In this document: piece after piece, positions 37,441-48,079 of the stretch
Layout: each line of letters starts with the position of its first letter
How positions within the stretch are numbered: position 1 is the stretch's first letter
Assembly (NCBI GenBank): GCA_039000985.1
Contig: JAWBMD010000001.1
Coordinates: 1,877-65,876, forward strand
DNA from: Candidatus Aenigmatarchaeota archaeon
Lineage (GTDB): Archaea; Aenigmatarchaeota; Aenigmatarchaeia; CG10238-14; SpSt-28
DNA length: 64,000 nt
Reading direction: 5' to 3'
Made by a program: the position numbers and the translations under genes
The notes under the pieces: model-generated
Told to the model about the DNA's origin: nothing
The model's input: the letters and a program-made list of their open reading frames with translations, nothing else
The model's database searches: none

Positions 37441-39387
37441 ATTTATATCAATTCTTGTTGATATTGTGATATCAGCTTTACACGCTATTGGTTTTGGAAT
37501 ATCTGTGCCAGTTGGAGATATTTGAATACATTTATTATATTTGTATTTTTCACATTCCTTTGTAATAATATTAGTCTTTATACATGGACAGTTTTCGTCT
37601 ATTGTTTTTTCATCTACGTTAACTATTTCACCACTTGGAAGTTTACATGTTATTTTGCTTATGAAATTTTCATCTTTATCTTCTATACTTATATTAAGAA
37701 AAATATTTTCTCTTGTTATTATTTCTTTTCTCAAATAAACACTACAACCATCTTTGCATTTTTCTTCATAATAGTTTGCTATAAATGGAAAATTTTCTTT
37801 GTAGGAAATTACATTTTCACATTTATTATTGCTAAAGCAATCTTCATTGTTGTTTATACAAGTTTGTTCTTTTTTGCTACAAATAGAAAAGTACCAATTT
37901 TCTGGTATTACTGCACAATCATAATGAATCGTATCTACATATATACTATCTCCATCATTCTCTAAAACTACATCATATATTGCATTAACTAAAAATGTTA
38001 ATGTTTTTTGTTCTTTTTCTCCTACATCAACATTAGAAATATCTAAAACACAATCTATAAAATAGTCTTTACCCCTTTCTAAATATATTTTTCGAGGTAA
38101 TTCTCCACCTCCAGAAAGATCGAAAGGTTTGCAATTAAATATTCTCAATTTTTCGCTTCCTATTCCAAGTGTTCTTAAAGATACTTTTGATATGTAAATA
38201 TCTCCCCTACCTTTATTAGCAAAACCTATTGTTAGTGGAACTATTTCATCTATTCCTTTTATTAAAGTTTTCTCTATTGCCTTTACACCAATTGCAAGAG
38301 GACCTGGAGTGCTAGTTGATTCAAATGCAGTTGGTCTTTGTTTAAAATCTTTTCCTATTATATTTACAGAGACAAATCCAGTTGTGTTATAGGAATATCT
38401 AAATTTATATTTCCACTTAAGAGGGCTTTTACATGTAGAGTCAAATCTAAATATATATTCTTTTGGTAGTTGGTCTATTTCTAAATTTTCAAGCTTACAT
38501 TCATACAATCTACCCTCTTCCTCTTCTTTATATTCACATTTTGTTCCAAATGCTGTTGTAAATAGAAAATCATTTGAGTGTGCTGATAAATAAACATTTT
38601 TTGCTGGAGGGACTATATCACAAATTTTTTGACCAGCTACTTTTATACAATATTCTCTATCACCACCAGCTTTTATATTTATTGATATAGAACCAATAGA
38701 ATAGGGAATTATATTTTGTCTCTGAACTTTAGTTTCTAATAAAAAACAATCTACACAGCCCAGTTTTATCGTTTCTACTTTTCTACAAACTACTTCTCTA
38801 CAATATTTTCCTATACCGCCAGCACTATACCAAACATCAGGACTTATAAAATTTGTTATTATGCAGGAAGCCATGCAAAAATTATCACTTATTTTTCCAA
38901 TACCGGGTATTCTCATTTTTAATATGTCTGTTATGTTCTGAAAAAGGAGAAAAGCAGCAATAATGATTAGAATTATAAATATAAAAGAAAATATAGGACG
39001 TGAACTAGGAAATTTATTATACAAAAACATAAAGGCTATAATAATTCCAATTAAAGCAATTATTATAAGGACCAGTGTCCAAATATTAAAAAACAAACCT
39101 CTTAGGAATGCGATAATGGAAATTAATATGATTAAAACTATTGGCAAAGCTAATATTTTGGAAGATGTTAATGCTGGTTGTTTTGATAAAAACTTTTCTT
39201 TAAATTCTGAAAATTCCTTAGGTTTTTCTTCAGCCATGCTTTTAGCCTTATTGAAATGATCTTCACATAAGAATCCAAAAGGAGTAGGTTTACCGGGTTT
39301 TTTACAAGCAGGCCAAACACATTTTACACTAATCTTTTCTTCAATTTTCTTTCCCCACTCTTTAAGCTTTTTACCTATTTTTACCAT
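37432..39387 (-). CDS. Large hypothetical membrane protein with Cys-rich extracellular region
   Basis: N-terminal C-x4-C...C-x2-H, three TMs, long Cys-containing beta-rich tail. Confidence 0.65.
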   Translation of the reverse strand: MVKIGKKLKEWGKKIEEKISVKCVWPACKKPGKPTPFGFLCEDHFNKAKSMAEEKPKEFSEFKEKFLSKQPALTSSKILALPIVLIILISIIAFLRGLFFNIWTLVLIIIALIGIIIAFMFLYNKFPSSRPIFSFIFIILIIIAAFLLFQNITDILKMRIPGIGKISDNFCMASCIITNFISPDVWYSAGGIGKYCREVVCRKVETIKLGCVDCFLLETKVQRQNIIPYSIGSISINIKAGGDREYCIKVAGQKICDIVPPAKNVYLSAHSNDFLFTTAFGTKCEYKEEEEGRLYECKLENLEIDQLPKEYIFRFDSTCKSPLKWKYKFRYSYNTTGFVSVNIIGKDFKQRPTAFESTSTPGPLAIGVKAIEKTLIKGIDEIVPLTIGFANKGRGDIYISKVSLRTLGIGSEKLRIFNCKPFDLSGGGELPRKIYLERGKDYFIDCVLDISNVDVGEKEQKTLTFLVNAIYDVVLENDGDSIYVDTIHYDCAVIPENWYFSICSKKEQTCINNNEDCFSNNKCENVISYKENFPFIANYYEEKCKDGCSVYLRKEIITRENIFLNISIEDKDENFISKITCKLPSGEIVNVDEKTIDENCPCIKTNIITKECEKYKYNKCIQISPTGTDIPKPIACKADITISTRIDINSK

Positions 39388-39974
39388 TTGCTTATCTTGC
39401 TTTTTATATCTTCAAAAACTTCCTCTTTATTTTTTTCTCCATTCACAATAATCATTTTTACTTTTTTTATTATTTTCCTTTCTTTTAAAATCTTTTCATA
39501 TTTTTCTTCTACTTTCTTTAAAAATTCCAATTCTTCAAATAATTTTCTTTTCTTTCCTTTTATTCTTTCAATAGATACTTCTGGCTTAATTTTAATAAAT
39601 ATTAAGTAATCTGGTAATGGAAATAATTTTAGGTTTATTTCTAATAATTCTTTATAGTATTTATCATCCTCAACACTTCCATAAGCTATTGTAGAGAAAA
39701 AATATCTATCACATAAAACCCAATATCCACTTTTAAGTTTTTCTTTTATTTCTTTTACATGCTCAGATCTATCAGCCATCATTAACAATTGTATTGATAA
39801 ATTGCTTAATTCATACTTTTTTTCCAACACTTTTCTTAAAAATTTTCCTATTATTCCATATGTTGGTTCTTTTGTTAAAAAAACTTTTTCGTTTTTCTTT
39901 GTTAAATAATCATATAGTAATTTACATTGAGTACTTTTACCAGCTCCATCTATACCTTCCAAAACTATGAACAT
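39381..39974 (-). CDS. tmk: Thymidylate kinase
   Basis: EGIDGAGKST, KEP, ADR.EH, DRY..S..AY. Confidence 0.95.
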   Translation of the reverse strand: MFIVLEGIDGAGKSTQCKLLYDYLTKKNEKVFLTKEPTYGIIGKFLRKVLEKKYELSNLSIQLLMMADRSEHVKEIKEKLKSGYWVLCDRYFFSTIAYGSVEDDKYYKELLEINLKLFPLPDYLIFIKIKPEVSIERIKGKKRKLFEELEFLKKVEEKYEKILKERKIIKKVKMIIVNGEKNKEEVFEDIKSKISKW

Positions 39975-40001
39975 TAATTAAATTTTATCTATTACAAATT
40001 T

Positions 40002-40736
40002 ATGAGAAAAATAGCTATTACATCGCTAAAAAAAGGAATAGGTAGAACATCGTTTAGCTTTTCTTTAGCTTTTGCATTTAAAGAAATGGGAAAAAGCACA
40101 ATAGCTATATTAGATAGTCCTATTATCGCTTCTAATAAATATGTTGATGATTTTTTTAAAGAGCAAAGAAATATTAGCAATTATATAACATTTTTTGAAG
40201 GTTTATCTGTTTTACTAAGGAAAGGAGATGTTAATTTAGATAGGGAAATTGTTAATATTTTATTACAAAAAATTGGTGATGAAAAAAGATTTGATATACT
40301 TGTTTGGGATATAGATTATGATATTTTATCTAATTGTTCTGATTTTTTTGAGGAAATAATTTTTGTTTCATTACCATATAAATCAGATTTAATTGAGTTA
40401 AAAGAAACTGCTAAGAATATAAAAAGAAAAGTTTATGTTGTTATAAATTTTTTACCTACAAGCATGGAAATAGATGATAAAAGCATATCTAATTTTTTAG
40501 GTTTAGAGCTATTGGGAAAAATTAGTTATGATGAAAGTGTTCAAGAAAGTATTTATTATAAATTGCCAGTTACTTTTTATAAAAGATATTCTTTATCATC
40601 AAAACAAATTTTTGATATTGCTTCAAAACTTTTGGTAACAGAGTATAATGAGAAATTCTTTTATAGGATATTAAGATTTTTCGATAGCTTGAAAAAATCA
40701 AAAATAAAATTAACAATAGAAGAGCTTTCTTTTTAA
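40002..40736 (+). CDS. Degenerate MinD/ParA-like protein
   Basis: MinD layout (IAITS...LVWD...LGKISYDESV) with Walker A altered to SLKKGIGRTS. Confidence 0.7.
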   Translation: MRKIAITSLKKGIGRTSFSFSLAFAFKEMGKSTIAILDSPIIASNKYVDDFFKEQRNISNYITFFEGLSVLLRKGDVNLDREIVNILLQKIGDEKRFDILVWDIDYDILSNCSDFFEEIIFVSLPYKSDLIELKETAKNIKRKVYVVINFLPTSMEIDDKSISNFLGLELLGKISYDESVQESIYYKLPVTFYKRYSLSSKQIFDIASKLLVTEYNEKFFYRILRFFDSLKKSKIKLTIEELSF

Positions 40737-43684
40737 ACAAATTTGTAAAAAACTTTATTTCCTTCTATTTCCATTTCATAGCATTCAGTTAAATTATCTT
40801 CAAATAAAATATTTCCAGCATTAGTTTCTTTTTTTATTTTTTCCATATTAGCTTTTATAATATCTAACCAAAAAGATTTATTCTCAAAACAAATGTTTAC
40901 TTTATCAATAACTTTTAATCCAACTCTTTTTCTTCTTTCTTGAATATTTCTTATCAATTCTCTAATAAATGCTTCTTTTTTACATTCTTCTTCAATTATT
41001 TTCGGTATAAATAATACAAATTTCTTTTGTTTTTCTTCAATATAGTTTTCATTTTCAAACTTTCTTGTAATAACTATTTCTTTAATATTACCCATGTTTT
41101 TTATTATATTTTCATATTTTTTGAAAAATTGCTCAATTTTTTTGCTTTTTGTTAGAACTATTAATTCTTTTACCGGCCATCTAAGTTTTATTTTTGCTCT
41201 TTCTCTTAATGAAAGTATTAGATTAATTATTTCTTTTACAGCTTCTATATTCTTTTCCAAATTTTTATTTATTAGTTTTTTATCAGCTTTCGGATAACTT
41301 TCTTCAAATATTGATTCTTTTTTATCTAAAGCAATTTCTTGATATATTTTTTCTGTTATGAACGGACAAATTGGTGCTAAAAGCTTAATTAAGTTAATTA
41401 TAACATAATACATTGTAGAAAGTGCAGCATTTTTTGTTTTTTCTTCACTATAAATCCACGCCCTATCTCTAATTTTTTTAATGTAAAATCTACTAAAATC
41501 GTTAACTGCAAAGTTTAAAAATTCCTTCCCAGCTTTGTGAAACTCAAAATTTTTCATGTATTTATTGAAGTTGTTTATTAATGTATTTATTTTTGATAAA
41601 ATCCAATAATCTTCTATTTCTAAATTTTCCAATGAAAATTTCCAATTTTCTGTTTTGTAAGTTTTGAAAAATTCAATGCAATTTAAAAATATATTAAATT
41701 GTTTTTTTAACTCTTCGATTGTTTTAAAGCTAAAGTTTTGTTGTTCCCAAGGAGCATTTCCATAGCAATAGTAAAGTCTTAATAAATCAGCTCCAACTTT
41801 TTCTAAAGCATCTTTTCCATCAATAACATTTCCTTTGCTTTTACTCATTTTTTCTCCAAATTCATCTAAAACCCAGCCATTCATACAAACGGTTTTAAAA
41901 GGTCTTTTATTTATAAAGGCAATAGAAACAAACATCAATGTATAAAACCAACCTCTTATTTGATCTTGGCTTTCATCTATTAGGTCAGCAATTTTTGTTT
42001 TTTTAGTTAAGAATGGATATCCAAGTGAAGCGAATGTTGCTGCTCCACTATCATACCAAACATCAAATATATCTGGAATTCTTTTTGCATTATTTCCACA
42101 TTTATCGCATTTCAAAATAATTTTATCAACAAAATGTTTATGTAAATCTAAATTACTTTCATCAATTTTTTCTATTGATTTTTCCATTAATTCTTTTATA
42201 CTTCCAGCAACAATTTTTTCTCCACATTTTTCGCATATCCAAATTGGTATTGGTATTCCCCAAAATCTTTGTCTAGATATGCACCAATCTATAGCATTTC
42301 TTACCCAGTTTTTAAAACTTTCTTTTGCAAATCTTGGTAACCATCTAACTTTATCGCTTTCTAAAAGCATTTTTTCTTTTATTTCATCTACAGAAATAAA
42401 CCATTGTTTTGTTAATCTGAATATTAAAGGAGATTTACATCTCCAACACAAAGGATAGGAATGAACTACATAATCAGAATAAAGTAGCAAATTATTACTT
42501 TTAAGTTTTTCTATTATTAGTTTGTCAGCATCCTTAACAAAAATATCTTTAAATTCTCCAGCATCTTCATCAAATTTACCATCGTTTTTTACTGGGGAAA
42601 TAGCTGGTAGATTATAATGTTGAGCAATATAATAATCTTCTTGTCCATGACCAGGAGCTACATGTACACAACCAGAACCTTCTTCAACATTTACAAAATC
42701 AAAAAATTCACTTTTCATTTCGGCATATTTCTCTAGAATACCATGTTTATATGATTTTGATTTTAATACTGGGATAGACATTATGATTTTTCTAAAGTTT
42801 ATTTTTTGTTGAGCAGGACAATTAATTACAGGGAGGTATTCTAAACCATCTAAGTTTTTACCTTCAAAAATATCAACGATTTTATATTGCTCTGTTTTCA
42901 GCAATTCTTTAAATACATATTCTACTCTTTTTTCAGCTAATATAATTTTTTCATCATTATACTCAACTTTAACATATTTTTCATTTGGATGAACAGCTAT
43001 TGCGACATTACTTATTAATGTCCAGGGGGTTGTTGTAAATACTAAAATAAATTCTTTTTCTTTGTTTTTTATAGGAAATTTAACAAATATATATGGATCT
43101 GAAACATCAGCATAACTATCTGTAACTTCATAACCAGATAAAGCTGTTTCGCATCTTGGGCACCAAAAATAAGCTCTTTCGCCAAAATATACTAAACCTT
43201 TTTCGAAAATTTTTTTGAAAATAAACCAGCATGATTGAATATAATTATTATCTAAAGTCAAATAAGGTTTAAAATATCCACGCCAAGCACCAAGTTGTTT
43301 ATATAGTTCCAACCATATATTTTCATTTCCTCTAGCTTTTTGCTTGCACAATTCTATAAATTTTTCTATACCAAGCTCCTCTATATCTTTTTTGCTTTTT
43401 AATCCAAGCTCCCTTTCAACTATGTTTTCTATGGGTAAGCCATGGCAATCAAATCCAGGTTGAAATATTACATTGAATCCTTTCATTAAATAAAACTTAC
43501 TCCATATATCCTTCAAAGTTGTTGTTTTCACATTTCCAACATGAGGACTAGCATTAACATATGGTGGTCCATCCAATAAGAAAAATGTTTTTTTACCTTT
43601 TTTAAATTTTGTAAGTTTTTCTATAATTCTATTTTTTTCCCAATATTCTTTTACCTCTGCTTCTACTTTTTTTAGGTCTAACAT
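40733..43684 (-). CDS. ileS: Isoleucine--tRNA ligase
   Basis: DGPPY, PGFDCHGLPIE, TTTPWT, DWCISRQRFWG, DQIRGWF, KMSKS. Confidence 0.96.
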   Translation of the reverse strand: MLDLKKVEAEVKEYWEKNRIIEKLTKFKKGKKTFFLLDGPPYVNASPHVGNVKTTTLKDIWSKFYLMKGFNVIFQPGFDCHGLPIENIVERELGLKSKKDIEELGIEKFIELCKQKARGNENIWLELYKQLGAWRGYFKPYLTLDNNYIQSCWFIFKKIFEKGLVYFGERAYFWCPRCETALSGYEVTDSYADVSDPYIFVKFPIKNKEKEFILVFTTTPWTLISNVAIAVHPNEKYVKVEYNDEKIILAEKRVEYVFKELLKTEQYKIVDIFEGKNLDGLEYLPVINCPAQQKINFRKIIMSIPVLKSKSYKHGILEKYAEMKSEFFDFVNVEEGSGCVHVAPGHGQEDYYIAQHYNLPAISPVKNDGKFDEDAGEFKDIFVKDADKLIIEKLKSNNLLLYSDYVVHSYPLCWRCKSPLIFRLTKQWFISVDEIKEKMLLESDKVRWLPRFAKESFKNWVRNAIDWCISRQRFWGIPIPIWICEKCGEKIVAGSIKELMEKSIEKIDESNLDLHKHFVDKIILKCDKCGNNAKRIPDIFDVWYDSGAATFASLGYPFLTKKTKIADLIDESQDQIRGWFYTLMFVSIAFINKRPFKTVCMNGWVLDEFGEKMSKSKGNVIDGKDALEKVGADLLRLYYCYGNAPWEQQNFSFKTIEELKKQFNIFLNCIEFFKTYKTENWKFSLENLEIEDYWILSKINTLINNFNKYMKNFEFHKAGKEFLNFAVNDFSRFYIKKIRDRAWIYSEEKTKNAALSTMYYVIINLIKLLAPICPFITEKIYQEIALDKKESIFEESYPKADKKLINKNLEKNIEAVKEIINLILSLRERAKIKLRWPVKELIVLTKSKKIEQFFKKYENIIKNMGNIKEIVITRKFENENYIEEKQKKFVLFIPKIIEEECKKEAFIRELIRNIQERRKRVGLKVIDKVNICFENKSFWLDIIKANMEKIKKETNAGNILFEDNLTECYEMEIEGNKVFYKFV

Positions 43685-44222
43685 TTTTTCTAGTTGAATA
43701 AATACTACTTACTATAAATTTTCTTATATTTATTTCAGATTCTAAAAGCAATGTATAAATTGCTCCGTAAAATGATAAAAAAGCAATTATGGTTATAAAA
43801 ATAATAATTATTCCACTCAATGCAGGACTTATGGATTCTAAAAAATCTTTAAACAGCCAAAAAAGAAAAACTGAAAATATAATAAAAATTATTACTTTTA
43901 TAGAGCGTCTCAATCTATTTATCGAGGAAGTTTTCTTTATATTTAAAAAATATGAAGAAATACCAGAAACAGCATCACTTATTTCATTCATTTCCCTTAT
44001 TGTTAAAACTAAAATTGATGCAGAAATAACTGTAGCTATAAAGCTTATTATGTTAGATACTTGTATGTTTGCTAATGGTGGCAATTCTCTAGAAAGTGGA
44101 ATAAAAACAAATTTTGAGAATAAAAGAACTATACTAAAAAATATGCATAACAATATGAATTTTGGTAACGATCTTCTTAGCTTGATTATAGAGATGAAAT
44201 AAAGCCTTTCTAAGTTTTTCAT
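43629..44222 (-). CDS. Hypothetical membrane protein
   Basis: About four TM segments; overlaps ileS start. Confidence 0.6.
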   Translation of the reverse strand: MKNLERLYFISIIKLRRSLPKFILLCIFFSIVLLFSKFVFIPLSRELPPLANIQVSNIISFIATVISASILVLTIREMNEISDAVSGISSYFLNIKKTSSINRLRRSIKVIIFIIFSVFLFWLFKDFLESISPALSGIIIIFITIIAFLSFYGAIYTLLLESEINIRKFIVSSIYSTRKNVRPKKSRSRGKRILGKK

Positions 44223-44249
44223 AAAATTAATAAAAACTAAATAAAATTA

Positions 44250-44918
44250 ATGCCTATATTTGGTAAAAAAGAAGTAAAGAAGGGGAAGGGTATTATACCA
44301 ACGGATAGAGTTAAGGACCTATCCTCTAAAGGATTTTCTGAGCCAGAAATAATAGATATTTTAAGAAGGGAGGGATATAGCCCAGAAGAAATAGATAAAG
44401 CTTTGGGAGAGGCAATAAAGTCAGCTATAGAAAAAGAAGAAAAGAGAGAAGAAGTAAAGGAACCATTGTCTCAACTCACTCCATTACCAACTTCTCCAGT
44501 TCCTCCAGCACCAGCTCCGTTAAAGGAACTCGAGTCTCTTTTTGGAGCAAAGGGAGAGGTTACTGCATTAGAGGTTCCTGAAACGTCTCTTCCTTCTCCA
44601 GCAAGAGCTTTAACAGAAGAATATATTGAATATATTATTGATCAAAAGCTAATAGAGGTTTATCAAAGGTTTGAAGATATTTATTATAGAATTGAGGAAA
44701 TAGAAAAAGCAATGAAAGAAATGAATGAAAGTATATCAGAAATAGCTAGAAAGAAAGTATTAGAAAGTGAAGAATTAACTAGAAGATTTGAAAACTTTTC
44801 AGAAAGTATGCAAACTATAACTGGAAGAGTAGGTAGCTTAGAAAAAGCATTTAAAGAAACTTTACCATCATTAGTTGAAGCTATAAGAAATTTGAACGAA
44901 TCACTGAGAAAGAAATAA
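44250..44918 (+). CDS. Hypothetical protein (helical N-domain, Pro-rich linker, coiled coil)
   Basis: GFSEPEIIDILRREGYSPEEID..., PLPTSPVPPAPAP linker, heptad-rich C-terminus. Confidence 0.75.
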   Translation: MPIFGKKEVKKGKGIIPTDRVKDLSSKGFSEPEIIDILRREGYSPEEIDKALGEAIKSAIEKEEKREEVKEPLSQLTPLPTSPVPPAPAPLKELESLFGAKGEVTALEVPETSLPSPARALTEEYIEYIIDQKLIEVYQRFEDIYYRIEEIEKAMKEMNESISEIARKKVLESEELTRRFENFSESMQTITGRVGSLEKAFKETLPSLVEAIRNLNESLRKK

Positions 44919-46145
44919 ATGGGAATAGATCCCAGATTAATATCTAGAACAAACATTGGTGTTTTTGGTCATGTTGCTCATGGAAAAAGTACTTTGGTTA
45001 ATGCTATTACTGGTATTTCTACTTTAAGGTATTCTGAAGAAATGGAAAGGGGAATAACAATAAAGCTTGGTTATGCAGATGCTAGAATTTATAAGTGTAA
45101 AAGTTGTGAAAAATATTCAACAAGCGAAAAATGTCCATATTGTTTTTCTGAAACAGAATTGATAAGAACTGTTAGTTTTGTAGATTCACCAGGTCATGAA
45201 AGCTTGATGTCGGTAGCTATAACTGGAGCATCTATAATAAATGGTGCTATTTTAGTAATAGCTGCTAATGAAAAATGTCCTAGACCGCAAACAAGAGAAC
45301 ATTTAATAGCTTTGCAAGCAGCCAATATAGAAAAAGTAATTGTTGTTCAAAACAAAATAGATTGTGTTACTAAAGAAAGAGCATTAGAAAATTATAAAGA
45401 AATAAAAGATTTTCTTAAAGGAACAATTTATGAAAATTCTCCAATAATACCAATTTCTGCACAAGAAAAAATAAACATAGATAAAGTTTTGGAGCTTATA
45501 GTTAAAGAAATTCAAGAGTGTGAAGATAGTAAAACCAATGATTTCAAAATGTATGTTGTAAGAAGTTTTGATATAAATAAGCCAGGTTCAATAGCGGAAA
45601 ATATAAAAGGTGGAGTTTTAGGTGGTTGTATAAATAGAGGTATAATAAAAAAATTTGATGAAATAAAGATTTTGCCAGGTATAAAAATTGAAGGGAAATA
45701 TAAAGCTTTAAAAACTAGGGTTGAAAACATAAAAAAATCTAATATTAGTTTAGATGAAGCTGGTGCCGGTGGTTTAGTAGGAATATTAACAACTTTAGAT
45801 CCATCTTTAACTAAATCTGATAATTTGGCTGGGAGTATTGTTATACCTTCTAATAAAAATGTTGAAATGAAGGAAGAAGCTATTATTAAATATAAATTAT
45901 TTGAAAGAGTAATGGGAATTGTTGATGAAAGAATTGTTGAACCAATTAAAAATGGAGAAAATTTACTTTTAAATATTGGGGTTATAAAAAACATTGGAAA
46001 AGTTATTAATTGTGATAAAGAAATTTTAAAAGTTAAGCTTTCTATACCAACATTTTATGAAGAGGATGATAAAGTTACAATTTTAAGATTAATAGAAGGA
46101 AAATGGAGGCTTATTGGTTATGGTTCTTTAGTAGAAGCTAAATAG
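44919..46145 (+). CDS. eif2g: Translation initiation factor 2 subunit gamma
   Basis: GHVAHGKST, RGITIKLGY, DSPGHE, PQTREH, NKID, RSFDINKPG, WRLIGYG. Confidence 0.96.
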   Translation: MGIDPRLISRTNIGVFGHVAHGKSTLVNAITGISTLRYSEEMERGITIKLGYADARIYKCKSCEKYSTSEKCPYCFSETELIRTVSFVDSPGHESLMSVAITGASIINGAILVIAANEKCPRPQTREHLIALQAANIEKVIVVQNKIDCVTKERALENYKEIKDFLKGTIYENSPIIPISAQEKINIDKVLELIVKEIQECEDSKTNDFKMYVVRSFDINKPGSIAENIKGGVLGGCINRGIIKKFDEIKILPGIKIEGKYKALKTRVENIKKSNISLDEAGAGGLVGILTTLDPSLTKSDNLAGSIVIPSNKNVEMKEEAIIKYKLFERVMGIVDERIVEPIKNGENLLLNIGVIKNIGKVINCDKEILKVKLSIPTFYEEDDKVTILRLIEGKWRLIGYGSLVEAK

Positions 46146-46180
46146 CTTGATTTTTATTTAACTAAATTTAAATAAATTTT

Positions 46181-46531
46181 ATGAAAGGAGTTAGTGAAGT
46201 AGTAGCTATGGTTATGATGTTAGTAATAACTTTAGCATTAGCAGGAACTGCCTATGTTTTTATAAGTCGTACATTTACAGTACAAACACAAGGTATACAA
46301 TTAGACGAGGCGTCTTGTTTTGATGGTAGTGTTACTCTGATATACCGAAATATTGGAGATCAAACATTAACAGTCAATGTCTTCAAGGGCAACACACCGA
46401 TTGATACAAGGTTGGTATTTCCAGGTAGAACAAACATAACAACAGACAGTTGTGGTACAGGAAATATATGTAGATATAGGATAGTACCGAGTGTAGGTAA
46501 AACAGTTACAACAACGGTTCAATGCATATAG
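46181..46531 (+). CDS. Archaeal type IV pilin
   Basis: MKG|VSEVVAMVMMLVIT class III signal peptide. Confidence 0.88.
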   Translation: MKGVSEVVAMVMMLVITLALAGTAYVFISRTFTVQTQGIQLDEASCFDGSVTLIYRNIGDQTLTVNVFKGNTPIDTRLVFPGRTNITTDSCGTGNICRYRIVPSVGKTVTTTVQCI

Positions 46532-46869
46532 AGCTTTTGCTTTTATTAGTAATATTAACTTCTTTACTTTTTCTATTTCTTTATAATATAAGTAGTTCTG
46601 GATTAGAAACTGTAAAAATTAATGATATAAACGGAAGTTTTTTAGGGAAAAAGATTGTTGCAGAAGGTAAAGTAAAAAATATAAGAAATTATAAAGGTCA
46701 CTATTTTTTAGAGTTTTACAATAGCAATATAACTGTTGTTTTTTTCAAAAATAATGTTAATGAGAAAGTAGTTAGTTTAACAGCTAATAAAGAAGTTAAA
46801 GTAATTGGTATTGTTAGCATGTATAAAAATAATTTAGAAATAATAGGTGAAGATATAATTTATGTTTAA
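46522..46869 (+). CDS. Membrane-anchored OB-fold protein
   Basis: N-terminal TM; V..EGKV..I, VVFF, V.VIG.V..Y...LEI. Confidence 0.75.
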   Translation: MHIELLLLLVILTSLLFLFLYNISSSGLETVKINDINGSFLGKKIVAEGKVKNIRNYKGHYFLEFYNSNITVVFFKNNVNEKVVSLTANKEVKVIGIVSMYKNNLEIIGEDIIYV

Positions 46870-48076
46870 TTTTTTTCTTTCACTAGTTTTTGGAATAATA
46901 GTTGGTTGTGTTGCTGGTTTGCTTCCCGGCTTGCATACAAACAATTTATTACCAATAGTTTTTTCACTTTCTTTACTTGGTGGAGAAAATGGTGTAATAT
47001 TTATTTCTTCAATGGTTGCTTCTCAATTAATTTTTAACTTTTTAATTGCTACTTTTTTTGGTGCTGCAGACGATGAAGCAAATTCTTTAGCTTCTTTACC
47101 TTCACATAGATTATTGATAAAGGGAGAGGGAATGAAATCTGTTGTTAGCTTGATTTATGGTTCTTTATTAGGTTTTTTGTTTTCAATAGTTTTGCTTGTA
47201 ATTTTTTTCAATTATATTAAGCCAATTTATACTTATTCAAGAAGCATAATAGTTTTTGTAATAATATTTGTTGTTAGCTATTTAATTTTACTAGAAAGAG
47301 AAATTGGTAAAATATTTAAATCATTTTTAATTTTCATTATCTCTGGAATTTTTGGAATTTTGGTATTAAATGGATTGAACATTCCAGAGGAAAGCAAACT
47401 ATTACCATGTTTTACAGGTTTATTTGGTATAAGTTCTTTATTAACAAGTATTTATACAAAAACAAAGCTACAAAAGCAAAAAACTGATTTTAATTTAGGT
47501 TTAAATAAGATAAACATATTAAAAGCATCTTTTGCTGGTAGTATAGCTGGGTTTTTAGTAGGTTTATTACCAGGAATTGGGGTAGCACAAGGAATTATTT
47601 TAGTATCAAGCTTTTTTAAAATTTCTAATCCTGTAGGGTTTTTATTAGTACAGGGTTCTGTTGCTTCTAGCGATAATATATTTTCAACAGCTGCAGTTTA
47701 CTTAATAGGTAATCCTAGAAGTGGAGCAAGTGTTTATTTAGAAAGAATTGTTGATAAGTTAGAAATAAAGCATCTTTTTTTAGTTTTATTTTCTTTTGGT
47801 ATTTCATTAGCTTTATCTTCATTTTTCGTTTTTAAACTATCACCTTTAGTTTTTAAGTTAATAGAAAAAATTGATTATAAAACAGTTAATATTTCAGTAA
47901 TATCTTTTTTAGTTTTCATAGTTTTTATTTTTTCTGGTTTTATTGGTTTATATTTACTTTTCATTGCTACATTAATTGGTTTTTTAAATATTAAGTTTAA
48001 TGTAAATAGAAGCTTTTCAATGGGATTTTTAATTTTACCAACTATTTTATTTTTCTTTAACTACTTTTACATATAA
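46862..48076 (+). CDS. TctA-family (DUF112) membrane transporter
   Basis: GLLPGLHTN, LPSHRL...G.G, GLFG, LLPGIG, GNPRSG. Confidence 0.88.
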   Translation: MFNFFLSLVFGIIVGCVAGLLPGLHTNNLLPIVFSLSLLGGENGVIFISSMVASQLIFNFLIATFFGAADDEANSLASLPSHRLLIKGEGMKSVVSLIYGSLLGFLFSIVLLVIFFNYIKPIYTYSRSIIVFVIIFVVSYLILLEREIGKIFKSFLIFIISGIFGILVLNGLNIPEESKLLPCFTGLFGISSLLTSIYTKTKLQKQKTDFNLGLNKINILKASFAGSIAGFLVGLLPGIGVAQGIILVSSFFKISNPVGFLLVQGSVASSDNIFSTAAVYLIGNPRSGASVYLERIVDKLEIKHLFLVLFSFGISLALSSFFVFKLSPLVFKLIEKIDYKTVNISVISFLVFIVFIFSGFIGLYLLFIATLIGFLNIKFNVNRSFSMGFLILPTILFFFNYFYI

Positions 48077-48079
48077 ATT

